DNA of 64,000 nucleotides, taken from contig NIVC01003873.1 of the NCBI GenBank assembly GCA_002269645.1, forward strand, positions 1-64,000, in the 5' to 3' direction. The notes below the pieces were generated by a model. That model was not told the origin of the DNA and ran no database searches. It was given only the letters and a program-made list of their open reading frames with translations. This document shows positions 45,601 through 57,600 of the stretch, in pieces. The stretch comes from Macrostomum lignano (Eukaryota). The position numbers were made by a program, and so were the translations under genes. Position 1 is the stretch's first letter, and each line of letters begins with the position of its first letter.

Positions 45601-48600
45601 ATCCTGCCAGTGAGATTAATTGCTAGTTGCTATGGCTTTTGAGTAGTTTTTAGTATTGTGTGCCTGTTTAAATCTATCCATCGATCTCTACCTTCTCTCT
45701 CCCCTGTCTCCTTTCCCCACTCTCACTCTCAACCTTCTCCCTCTCTCCCCTGTCTCCTTTCCCCACTCTCCCTCTCTACCTCCTCCCTCACCTGTCTCCT
45801 TTCCCCACTCTCCCTCTCTACCTCCTCCCTCACCTGTCTCCTTTCCCCACTCTCCCTCTCTACCTCCTCCCTCAACTGTCTCCTTTCCCCACTCTCCCTC
45901 TCTACCTCCTCCCTCACCTGTCTCCTTTCCCCACTCTCCCTCTCTACCTCCTCCCTCACCTGTCTCCTTTCCCCACTCTCCCTCTCTACCTCCTCCCTCA
46001 CCTGTCTCCTTTCCCCACTCTCCCTCTCTACCTCCTCCCTCACCTGTCTCCTTTCCCCACTCTCCCTCTCTACCTCCTCCCTCACCTGTCTCCTTTCCCC
46101 ACTCTCCCTCTCAACCTCCTCTCTCCCCTGTCTCCTTTCCCCACTCTCCCTCCCTACCTCCTCCCTCACCTGTCTCCTTTCCCCACTCTCCCTCTCAACC
46201 TCCTCCCTCACCTGTCTCCTTTCCCCACTCTCCCTCTCTACCTCCTCCCTCACCTGTCTCCTTTCCCCACTCACCCTCTCAACCTCCTCCCTCAACTGTC
46301 TCCTTTCCCCACTCTCCCTCCCTACCTCCTCCCTCACCTGTCTCCTTTCCCCACTCTCCCTCTCTACCTCCTCCCTCAACTGTCTCCTTTCCCCACTCTC
46401 CCTCTCAACCTCCTCCCTCACCTGTCTCCTTTCCCCACTCTCCCTCTCAACCTCCTCCCTCAACTGTCTCCTTTCCCCACTCTCCCTCTCTACCTCCTCC
46501 CTCAACTGTCTCATTTCCCCACTCTCCCTCTCTACCTCCTCCCTCACCTGTCTCCTTTCCCCACTCTCCCTCTCAACCTCCTCCCTCAACTGTCTCCTTT
46601 CCCCACTCTCCCTCTCAACCTCCTCCCTCACCTGTCTCCTTTCCCCACTCTCCCTCTCTACCTCCTCCCTCACCTTTCTCCTTTCCCCACTCTCCCTCTC
46701 AACCTCCTCCCTCACCTGTCTCCTTTCCCCACTCTCCCTCTCTACCTCCTCCCTCACCTGTCTCCTTTCCCCACTCTCCCTCTCAACCTCCTCCCTCACC
46801 TGTCTCCTTTCCCCACTCTCCCTCTCTACCTCCTCCCTCACCTGTCTCCTTTCCCCACTCTCCCTCTCTACCTCCTCCCTCACCTGTCTCCTTTCCCCAC
46901 TCTCCCTCTCAACCTCCTCTCTCCCCTGTCTCCTTTCCCCACTCTCCCTCCCTACCTCCTCCCTCACCTGTCTCCTTTCCCCACTCTCCCTCTCAACCTC
47001 CTCCCTCACCTGTCTCCTTTCCCCACTCTCCCTCTCTACCTCCTCCCTCACCTGTCTCCTTTCCCCACTCACCCTCTCAACCTCCTCCCTCAACTGTCTC
47101 CTTTCCCCACTCTCCCTCCCTACCTCCTCCCTCACCTGTCTCCTTTCCCCACTCTCCCTCTCTACCTCCTCCCTCACCTGTCTCCTTTCCCCACTCTCCC
47201 TCTCTACCTCCTCCCTCACCTGTCTCCTTTCCCCACTCTCCCTCTCTACCTCCTCCCTCACCTGTCTCCTTTCCCCACTCTCCCTCTCAACCTCCTCCCT
47301 CAACTGTCTCCTTTCCCCACTCTCCCTCTCTACCTCCTCCCTCACCTGTCTCCTTTCCCCACTCTCCCTCTCAACCTCCTCCCTCAACTGTCTCCTTTCC
47401 CCACTCTCCCTCTCTACCTCCTCCCTCAACTGTCTCCTTTCCCCACTCTCCCTCTCTACCTCCTCCCTCACCTGTCTCCTTTCCCCACTCTCCCTCTCTA
47501 CCTCCTCCCTCAACTGTCTCCTTTCCCCACTCTCCCTCTCTAACTCCTCCCTCAACTGTCTCCTTTCCCCACTCTCCCTCTCAACCTTCTCCCTCACCTG
47601 TCTCCTTTCCCCACTCTCCCTCTCTACCTCCTCCCTCACCTGTCTCCTTTCCCCACTCTCCCTCTCAACCTTCTCCCTCACCTGTCTCCTTTCCCCACTC
47701 TCCCTCTCAACCTTCTCCCTCACCTGTCTCCTTTCCCCACTCTCCCTCTCTACCTCCTCCCTCACCTGTCTCCTTTCCCCACTCTCCCTCTCTACCTCCT
47801 CCCTCACCTGTCTCCTTTCCCCACTCTCCCTCTCTACCTCCTCCCTCACCTGTCTCCTTTCCCCACTCTCCCTCTCTACCTCCTCCCTCACCTGTCTCCT
47901 TTCCCCACTCTCCCTCTCAACCTCCTCCCTCACCTGTCTCCTTTCCCCACTCTCCCTCTCAACCTCCTCCCTCAACTGTCTCCTTTCCCCACTCTCCCTC
48001 TCTACCTCCTCCCTCAACTGTCTCCTTTCCCCACTCTCCCTCTCTACCTCCTCCCTCAACTGTCTCATTTCCCCACTCTCCCTCTCTACCTCCTCCCTCA
48101 CCTGTCTCCTTTCCCCACTCTCCCTCTCAACCTCCTCCCTCAACTGTCTCCTTTCCCCACTCTCCCTCTCAACCTCCTCCCTCACCTGTCTCCTTTCCCC
48201 ACTCTCCCTCTCAACCTCCTCCCTCAACTGTCTCCTTTCCCCACTCCCCCTCTCAACCTCCTCCCTCAACTGTCTCCTTTCCCCACTCTCCCTCTCAACC
48301 TCCTCCCTCAACTGTCTCCTTTCCCCACTCTCCCTCTCAACCTCCTCCCTCACCTGTCTCCTTTCCCCACTCTCCCTCTCTACCTCCTCCCTCGCCTGTC
48401 TCCTTTCCCCACTCTCCCTCTCTACCTCCTCCCTCACCTGTCTCTTTTCCCCACTCTCCCTCTCTACCTCCTCCCTCAACTGTCTCCTTTCCCCACTCTC
48501 CCTCTCGACCTTCTCCCTCACCTGTCTCCTTTCCGCTTCCTTTCACCCCTTTTTTACCTCTCCTCTCTCTACCTCTCGCCTCTGTCCATCGCCTTCTATC

Positions 48601-49669
48601 TTTCTCAGTTTCAAAAAGCATGTTGCTTTGCACTATCAGATCCTCCAATAAGGCTTTACCAACCAAAAGACGAATTATCAGCAAACTGCGACAGCTCAGC
48701 TCAAGAAAACAAATTGCGGTTCCATCTTGAGTATCCGCGAATCCATCGTGGCCAAATTGAACGAACTTGCGCGGCTGCGAGCTCTACCGATTTGAAATCT
48801 CAGTTGCAGCTGAAATTGGAATCCAGTACAATCTTGAACGGGAGCATGTACTTAGAGCAGTTGTCATGTATTAATTGTCCATTAATTGTACATCACCTGG
48901 AGTGCAGCATTGTCCAGAGAAATTTTACCGGTGACGAAATTTGGAGAGTAACTAAGAGTTTAAATAATATTGTTAGGAAATGCAGCTCAGGTAAGTAGTG
49001 GTCTGTTTTATTGAGAACCCCTATATTAAATGTATTGTTTATCGAACTCATTCAGAGCGTCTTTGGAAGTTAAATTAACATCAAAGAGAAACTTTAATTA
49101 GCTACCTGTAACTGCAAATTGACGTCACGGAAATGCTTCTTCAAAAGTATACTTAAAAACACTTGTAGAGTAGCTACACCTCAAAAAATTACCTAAAAGT
49201 ACACTTACAAACACTTACTTAAAAGTACACTTAATGTACATGTACATCACGCCATCACTTAATTAAATGTGCACTTTCAAGCTTATTTAAAGTACAACTT
49301 AATTAAATTTGAATTTTTTGTTAATTATTTGCAGACTCGCATTCAGTCAGCGTAAAGAAAATTTTGCTAATTGGTCTTGGCTCAACTTCCGGATTAATTG
49401 TTATTTTAATTACGACTTATTTCATTGTGGTGCTCGTTCGTAAGAAGGTAAATATTTGACCTTTATTGTTACTTGAACATTACATACATGTATATATGTA
49501 TTGCTAGAACAGAAGACTTCATTTCTTTCGAACAAATATTTCTGTCGTATTTTAGAACGAGTACCCGAGCGATTCGACTGCCATCGAAAATAACAAAGCT
49601 CAATTACCGTCTAAAACAGACCGACCGATCAGTTCCTCGCGCAGACCCAGAAGTTTCTACGTGTTTTGA
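42685..49669 (+). CDS. Type I membrane protein with signal peptide, galactose-binding/F-type-lectin (F5/8-C)-like segment, TM and short tail; predicted exons 42685-42769, 43986-44270, 45229-45431, 45507-45609, 48619-48990, 49335-49447, 49556-49669 (~424 aa)
   Basis: Signal peptide MRWQVFLFLVSIAPIVSP; 'WQSSSYSQSVRAES...GDHWFAVRLRHREIVTSVTVWNK' lectin/discoidin-like pattern; TM ILLIGLGSTSGLIVILITTYFIVVLV-RKK; tail ends RSFYVF*. Phases are compatible, but the acceptors at 43985 and 48618 are weak choices forced by phase. Confidence 0.6.
42858..43923. repeat. 21-bp (and 25-bp variant) intronic minisatellite
   Basis: Unit GGGAGAGTCAGATGGTAGCTT, with a GAAAT-containing 25-bp variant dominating the 5' part. 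Confidence 0.95.
44365..45203. repeat. 20-bp intronic minisatellite, ~40 copies
   Basis: Unit TTGAGGCGCTAAATGGTAGA. Confidence 0.95.
45686..48535. repeat. 42-bp pyrimidine-strand intronic minisatellite, ~67 copies
   Basis: Unit CCTGTCTCCTTTCCCCACTCTCCCTCTCTACCTCCTCCCTCA; source of the spurious ~1000-aa ORFs. Confidence 0.97.
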
Positions 49670-49980
49670 CGGGCGTAAAAATCCCCATAGACACTATTTT
49701 TTGACGTGTAAAACTTTTGCAAAAGACTGTAAAGCACACATTTTTAAAACTCTGTGTGTTATTTTTTCATTATTTTTATTCATTGCAACTTATTGCAGAC
49801 TACATATGCATTGGGTGAATGTTTATCCTGTTTTTATTCAGTGCTACTGTACAATAATTTATCCACAGTAGATAAATATGTAGTTAACAATAATTCTTTT
49901 TAAATTATTCAGTTGATAAAAATGTTGCTATTTGTTTTTTAAAATTCTTTTTTATTAATAATAACCCAGTTAAGTAGTTA

Positions 49981-50740
49981 CTGAGGATCTGGGAGGCTGG
50001 CCCAGCAACTGAGGATCTGGGAGGCTGGCCCAGCAACTGAGGATCTGGGAGGCTGGCCCAGCAACTGACACTCTGGGAGGCTGGCCCAGCAACTGACACT
50101 CTGGGAGGCTGGCCCAGTAACTGAGGATCTAGGCTGGCCCAGCAACTGACACTCTGGGAGGCTGGCCCAGCAACTGACACTCTGGGAGGCTGGCCCAGCA
50201 ACTGACACTCTGGGAGACTGGCCCAGCAACTGACGATCTGGGAGGCTGGCCCAGCGACTGAGGATCTAGGCTGGCCCAGCAACTGACACTCTGGGAGGCT
50301 GGCCCAGCAACTGACGATCTGGGAGGCTGGCCCAGCGACTGAGGATCTAGGCTGGCCCAGCAACTGACACTCTGGGAGGCTGGCCCAGCAACTGAGGATC
50401 TGGGAGGCTGGCCCAGCAACTGACACTCTGGGAGGCTGGCCCAGCAACTGACACTCTGGGAGGCTGGCCCAGCAACTGGGGATCTGGGAGGCTGGCCCAG
50501 CAACTGGGGATCTGGGAGGCTGGCCCAGCAACTGACACTCTGGGAGGCTGGCCCAGCAACTGACGATCTGGGAGGCTGGCCCAGCGACTGAGGATCTAGG
50601 CTGGCCCAGCAACTGACACTCTGGGAGGCTGGCCCAGCAACTGACACTCTGGGAGGCTGGCCCAGCAACTGGGGATTTGAGAGGCTGGCCCAGCAACCGA
50701 GGATCTGGAAGTCTGGCCCAGCAACTGGGGATTTGAGAGG
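49981..50740. repeat. 28-bp (24-bp variant) GC-rich minisatellite
   Basis: Unit CTGAGGATCTGGGAGGCTGGCCCAGCAA with a CTGACACT variant. Confidence 0.95.
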
Positions 50741-51306
50741 CAGGCATTTTATCCTGAAATGTAAAAAAGGACAATACGCTCGTAAAACTCCTAGTTTACT
50801 ACTGCTGATATATGATACAATTCAAGTAGACACGGAGATCCCATCGGCAATCCGCAACAGCTCAGTCAGTCTGCACATGTATTTTCCTTCGAGGTAAGAA
50901 ACGAGCAAACGGGAAGACGCATGCAAGAACGACGTCCAGCGCTATGAACAAAACAACAAAACAATGAACTCAGAAACTGCCTGCTGATGAAGACGAGAGC
51001 TGTACAACTGCATGCAAGGGTCTCTTTGTACTTGTATGGCGGCGCTATCACAAGATTACTGATAGAAGTAGTACAGTAAGTAAATATGTATTTTAATATT
51101 ATTTTGGAAGTAGTCAGTCAAAGAAACAGAAGCTAACTTTATAAAATTCTGGGTGGATTGAAGTTTCAGGAAGAATTTTCGGACATTGAGGCTATAGGCT
51201 CGGTTTCAACCTTTAATCTTTAATCTTCTGTGTCGTCAGCTTCCAAGCTGAAATTAATTTACGGGATTTTGACAAATTCTTGGTAAAATAAATTGTAGAG
51301 AAACTT

Positions 51307-52250
51307 TGTGAATCACATTGAGATGGTGTGAATCACATTGAGATGGTGTGAATCACATTGAGATTGTGTGAATCACATTGAGATTGTGTGAATCACATTG
51401 AGATTGTGTGAATCACATTGAGATTGTGTGAATCGCATTGAGATTGTGTGAATCACATTGAGATTGTGTGAATCACATTGAGATTGTGTGAATCGCATTG
51501 AGATTGTGTGAATCACATTGAGATTGTGTGAATCACATTGAGATTGTGTGAATCACATTGAGATTGTGTGAATCGCATTGAGATGGGGTGAATCACATTG
51601 AGATTGTGTGAATCACATTGAGATTGTGTGAATCGCATTGAGATGGGGTGAATCACATTGACATTGTGTGAATTTCATTGAGATTGTGTGAATCACATTG
51701 AGATTGTGTGAATCGCATTGAGATGGGGTGAATCACATTCAGATAGGGTGAATCACATTGAGATGGGGTGAATCACATTGAGATGGGGTGAATCACATCG
51801 AGATGGGGTGAATCACATTCAGATGGGGTGAATCACATTCAGATGGGGTAAATCACATTCAGATAGGGTGAATCACATTCAGATGGGGTGAATCACATTG
51901 AGATGGTGTGAATCACATTGAGATTGTGTGAATCACATTGAGATTGTGTGAATCGCATTGAGATTGTGTGAATCACATTGAGATGGGGTGAATCACATTG
52001 AGATGGGGTGAATCACATTGAGATGGGGTGAATCACATTGAGATGGGGTGAATCACATTGAGATGGGGTGAATCACATTGAGATGGGATCAATTGACATT
52101 GAGATAGGGTGAATCACATTGAGATAGGGTGAATCACATTGAGATAGGGTGAAAGACAGAGAGATGGGGTGAATGACAGAGAGATGGAGTGAATGACAGA
52201 GAGATGGGGTGAATGAGAGAGAGATGGGGTGAAGCACATTCAGATGCGGT
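51307..52250. repeat. 20-bp minisatellite, ~45 copies
   Basis: Unit TGTGAATCACATTGAGATTG grading to GGTGAATCACATTGAGATGG and degenerating at the right end. Confidence 0.95.
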
Positions 52251-52313
52251 GAATGGCAGTGGGTTAAACTGAATGACAGCAGTTACTCACATTCGATAAG
52301 CATCCAGATGAGC

Positions 52314-53210
52314 TCAGCTGGTCATCTTGTCAGTGAGGGAGTTCCCAGCGGTCTCCAGGCACCAGCTGCAGGCCCGCAGTTCAGCCAGACAGGCAGTCCG
52401 CTCCGCCAGGCCCAGCCTGAACAGTTGCTCAACTTTCAGAAATTGAACAGCCAGTCGGGTGTCGCCGCTGTTCAGCCCTAGGGCCAGGCAGCACTCGTCC
52501 TCGGTGACCCCCGGAACTGAATCTTGAACCTGACGCACCTGGCTTTGCTGCCATTGATGAGGCAGCAACGCGGAAGCAGCCGACGATGCTATAGCAGATC
52601 CAGGCGATGAAGCTGAGGATGTTGCTCTACGGCACAGCTTCTTCGCTCGACGGAAGGTGCCGCTGCCGCTGCTGCCGCTGCCGACGCCTGCGCCAGCGAC
52701 CCCGCTAGACTCAGATCGGCAGACTCTCCTTGGCGGAGGTGCTGGCGGCCGGACTTCGCCGAAGTTCTCGTACTCGACAATGCCGCCAGAAAGTTGATTC
52801 CGTCTGGCCTGTCGCTCCGGCAGAACCCAGTAGAAGTCCTTGGTCACCTGGCGGCCGTTCTGTAGGATTGGACAGATTCGAGTCCCTGCGGCCGGAGAGG
52901 GACTAGCGGGACTCTTGGAGATGGGATCTGGTGTTCCACTGTCTGGCTGGGGTTGCGGTGCACTAATGGCAACTGCTCTGGCGCTGACGTCTTTGAGGCT
53001 GGGCGCGAAAGCCAGGTTCTGACGTCCGCCTGATGTTGTGTCGTTGACAGCAGGATCTGCAGCTGCATCGGTTGAAGAGACCGCAGCAACAGAGCGGCTG
53101 TCGTTGAGTTCTAACGAGGAGTCTGAGAAGTCTTCGCCTAGGCTTAAACTGGCTTCATCATCCACGTATTCTGCACCGTTTGAGGACAGCTTGTTTCCCA
53201 TTGTAGGCAA
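52314..53210 (-). CDS. TNK2: ACK1/TNK2-like C-terminal module (MIG6-homology motif, proline-rich stretch, UBA region); terminal exon or stand-alone kinase-less gene
   Basis: 'PILQNGRQVTKDFYWVLPER' (52871-52812) resembles ACK1 '[20 protein letters not shown]'. 'VQDSVPGVTEDECCLAL...AVQFLKVEQLFRLGL...C...L....WCLETAG' resembles the ACK UBA region 'GVTTEEC...AAQYLKVEQLFGLGL'. No kinase-domain exon found in the window. Confidence 0.8.
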   Translation of the reverse strand: MPTMGNKLSSNGAEYVDDEASLSLGEDFSDSSLELNDSRSVAAVSSTDAAADPAVNDTTSGGRQNLAFAPSLKDVSARAVAISAPQPQPDSGTPDPISKSPASPSPAAGTRICPILQNGRQVTKDFYWVLPERQARRNQLSGGIVEYENFGEVRPPAPPPRRVCRSESSGVAGAGVGSGSSGSGTFRRAKKLCRRATSSASSPGSAIASSAASALLPHQWQQSQVRQVQDSVPGVTEDECCLALGLNSGDTRLAVQFLKVEQLFRLGLAERTACLAELRACSWCLETAGNSLTDKMTS

Positions 53211-53564
53211 GACAATATCAACTTGAACTGGAGACGCGAATCTGCGCTTCGGGAAGGAGGCATCTGCAAGTTTGTCGGTTCGAAATTGACTTGGTCAGCT
53301 CGGGACTAACAGGTTTGCTAATTTTTATACAACACAGCTGACACACGCTTGGGCCGGTCAGACGAAAACTGAACGGTTTCAGCTTTCACGCGGTGCCAAC
53401 CAAGGACACCTTGAACCAGGATTTGGAGTTTTCAATTCTTATACTTTCCAACTTTTTTCTAAATGCTTTATTTGCTTTATTCTTTAATCAGCTATCAAAA
53501 CGTCAAAGTTTTATAGACTTTAATTTCGAAACATCAGAACTTTGAAGTCACAAGCGCGTATTTA

Positions 53565-53980
53565 GGCACTGCAGGCACTCATTTTGGCACTGCAGGCACT
53601 CATTTTGACACTGCAGGCACTCATTTTGGCACTGCAGGCACTCATTTTGGCACTGAAGGCACTCATTTTGGCACTACAGGCACTCATTTTGGCACTGCAG
53701 GCACTCATTTTGACACTGCAGGCACTCATTTTGGCACTGCAGGCACTCATTTTGGCACTGAAGGCACTCATTTTGGCACTGAAGGCACTCATTTTGGCAC
53801 TGCAGGCACTCATTTTGACACTGCAGGCATTCATTTTGACACTGCAGGCACTCATTTTGGCACTGCAGGCACTCATTTTGGCACTGCAGGCACTCATTTT
53901 GACACTTCAGGCACTCATTTTGACACTTCAGGCACTCATTTTGGCACTGCAGGCACTCATTTTGACACTGCAGGCACTCA
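53565..53980. repeat. 21-bp minisatellite, ~20 copies
   Basis: Unit GGCACTGCAGGCACTCATTTT. Confidence 0.95.
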
Positions 53981-54604
53981 CTTCGGCGCTGAAGACAATT
54001 ATTTATAACAAAATTAAAATTCACTGGAAATTGATAATAAATTAATTAACTAATCAAGTCTCAAAATCAGGTTTCAGAAAAGAGTTGTCGTGACCAGATG
54101 TTCTATTCAAATTCTCCTTGATTAAACGTAGCTAAAAATTAGCATTTATAATTTAATGAGCCATTGGGGTGCCGCCCACACACGGCACCGCATGCAGTCG
54201 ACAATTCTCTGATTCAAGCAAGTCATTTCTATATAAAATTAGCAGAAAAGAGTTAGAACTATTTTGCATGTAACTGTCAATCACCCGCATAGAATTCAAT
54301 TTAGGACATTTAATAATGCTTCAATTAATAGTGCAAATAGACTTGAATATAGAGTTACAAAATCTAAAAGTGCGATTTGGTGGCTATAACTCGCTTCAGT
54401 GTACTTTAATAACACTACCCCCGGTGTTACACTAGGGAAGTAGTTTGCTGTCTGCCTCCTGTCTGCAGTCTGTCATGTCTATGCACAGGCTTAATTTATC
54501 ATTAAAACACGGGGAGTGCCGCATAAGTACAGTGTAGTTCATTCTCTAGTTTCACTAATGGGAATCTATATATCTATTTGATGCTGAAGACAGGATGAAG
54601 AAAC

Positions 54605-57600
54605 TGGGAGACTGAGGGAGACAGAGGGAGACACAGGAGACAGGGGGAGACACAGGAGACAGGGGGAGACACCGGAGACAGAGGGAGACACAGGAGACAG
54701 GGGGAGACACAGGAGACAGAGAAAGACCCAGAGGGAGACAAACAACGAGACAGAAGGAAACACACAGAGAGACGGGGAGAGACACAGGGAGACCTAGGTT
54801 AGGCACAGGGGGGAGACACAAAAGGAAGACACAATGGAAGACAGATGGAGACACAAAGGGAGACAGGAGATACACAGGAGACAGAGGGAAACACACAGGG
54901 AGACAGAGGAAACACACAGGAGACAGAGGGAAACACACAGGGAGACAGAGGGAAACACACAAGGAGACAGAGGGAAACACACAGGGAGACAGAGGGAGAC
55001 ACACAGGGAGACAGAGGGAAACACACAGGGAGACAGAGGGAAACACACAGGGAGACAGAGGGAAACACACAGGGAGACAGAGGGAAACACACAGGGAGAC
55101 AGAGGGAAACACACAGGGAGACAGGAGATACACAGGAGACAGAGGAAACACACAGGAGACAGAGGGAAACACACAGGGAGACAGAGGGAAACACACAGCG
55201 AGACAGAGGGAAACACACAGGAGACAGAGGGAAACACACAGGGAGACAGAGGGAAACACACAGGGAGACAGAGGGAAACACACAGGGAGACAGAGGGAAA
55301 CACACAGGGAGACAGAGGGAAACACACAGGGAGACAGAGGGAAACACACAGGGAGACAGAGGGAAACACACAGGGAGACAGAGGGAGACACACAGGGAGA
55401 CAGAGGGAAACACACAGGGAGACAGAGGGAGACACACAGGGAGACAGAGGGAAACACACAGGGAGACAGAGGGAAACACACAGGGAGACAGAGGGAAACA
55501 CACAGGGAGACAGAGGGAAACACACAGGGAGACAGAGGGAGACACACAGGGAGACAGAGGGAAACACACAGGGAGACAGAGGGAGACACACAGGGAGACA
55601 GAGGGAAACACACAGGGAGACAGAGGGAAACACACAGGGAGACAGAGGGAAACACACAGGGAGACAGAGGGAAACACACAGGGAGACAGAGGGAAACACA
55701 CAGGGAGACAGAGGGAAACACACAGGGAGACAGAGGGAAACACACAGGGAGACAGAGGGAAACACACAGGGAGACAGAGGAAACACACAGGGAGACAGAG
55801 GGAAAAACACAGGGAGACAGAGGGAGACACACAGGGAGACAGAGGGAAACACACAGGGAGACAGAGGGAGACACACAGGGAGACAGAGGGAAACACACAG
55901 GGAGACAGAGGGAAACACACAGGGAGACAGAGGGAAACACACAAGGAGACAGAGGGAAACACACAGGGAGACAGAGGGAGACACACAGGGAGACAGAGGG
56001 AAACACACAGGGAGACAGAGGGAAACACACAGGGAGACAGAGGGAAACACACAGGGAGACAGAGGGAAACACACAGGGAGACAGAGGGAGACACACAGGG
56101 AGACAGAGGGAAACACACAGGAGACAGAGGGAAACACACAGGGAGACAGAGGAAACACACAGGGAGACAGAGGGAAACACACAAGGAGACAGAGGGAAAC
56201 ACACAGGGAGACAGAGGGAGACACACAGGGAGACAGAGGGAAACACACAGGGAGACAGAGGGAAACACACAGGGAGACAGAGGGAAACACACAGGGAGAC
56301 AGAGGGAGACACACAGGGAGACAGGAGATACACAGGAGACAGAGGAAACACACAGGAGACAGAGGGAAACACACAGGGAGACAGAGGGAAACACACAGGG
56401 AGACAGAGGGAAACACACAGGAGACAGAGGGAGACACACAGGGAGACAGAGGGAAACACACAGGGAGACAGAGGGAGACACACAGGGAGACAGGAGATAC
56501 ACAGGAGACAGAGGAAACACACAGGAGACAGAGGGAAACACACAGGGAGACAGAGGGAAACACACAGGGAGACAGAGGGAAACACACAGGAGACAGAGGG
56601 AAACACACAGGGAGACAGAGGGAAACACACAGGGAGACAGAGGAAACACACAGGGAGACAGAGGGAAACACACAGGGAGACAGAGGGAAACACACAGGGA
56701 GACAGAGGGAAACACACAGGGAGACAGAGGGAAACACACAGGGAGACAGAGGGAAACACACAGGGAGACAGAGGGAAACACACAGGGAGACAGAGGGAAA
56801 CACACAGGGAGACAGAGGGAGACACACAGGGAGACAGAGGGAAACACACAGGGAGACAGAGGGAGACACACAGGGAGACAGAGGGAAACACACAGGGAGA
56901 CAGAGGGAAACACACAGGGAGACAGAGGGAAACACACAGGGAGACAGAGGGAAACACACAGGGAGACAGAGGAAACACACAGGGAGAAAGAGGGAAACAC
57001 ACAGAGAGACAGAGGGAAACACACAGGGAGACAGAGGGAAACACACAGGGAGACAGAGGGAGACACACAGGGAGACAGAGGGAAACACACAGGGAGACAG
57101 AGGGAAACACACAAGGAGACAGAGGGAAACACACAGGGAGACAGAGGGAGACACACAGGGAGACAGAGGGAAACACACAGGGAGACAGAGGGAAACACAC
57201 AGGGAGACAGAGGGAAACACACAGGGAGACAGAGGGAAACACACAGGGAGACAGAGGAAACACACAGGGAGACAGAGGGAAACACACAGGGAGACAGAGG
57301 GAAACACACAGGGAGACAGAGGGAGACACACAGGGAGACAGGAGATACACAGGAGACAGAGGAAACACACAGGAGACAGAGGGAAACACACAGGGAGACA
57401 GAGGGAAACACACAGGGAGACAGAGGGAAACACACAGCGAGACAGAGGGAAACACACAGGGAGACAGAGGGAAACACACAGGGAGACAGAGGGAAACACA
57501 CAGGGAGACAGAGGGAAACACACAGGGAGACAGAGGGAAACACACAGGGAGACAGAGGGAAACACACAGGGAGACAGAGGGAAACACACAGGGAGACAGA

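Noticed and set aside
45656-48730. ~1000-aa extensin-like or ERESGERR ORFs
   Set aside because: These are translations of a 42-bp intronic pyrimidine repeat, open in several frames, lying between real exons.
51307-52250. TGTGA/TCACA resembling a bacterial CRP site
   Set aside because: The spacer is 1 nt rather than 6, and the sequence is a eukaryotic minisatellite.
43218-54045. Repeat-derived ORFs at 43218-44079, 49905-50774 and 53562-54045 (including the 'LQCQNEC' Cys repeat)
   Set aside because: They coincide exactly with minisatellites and are open in multiple frames.
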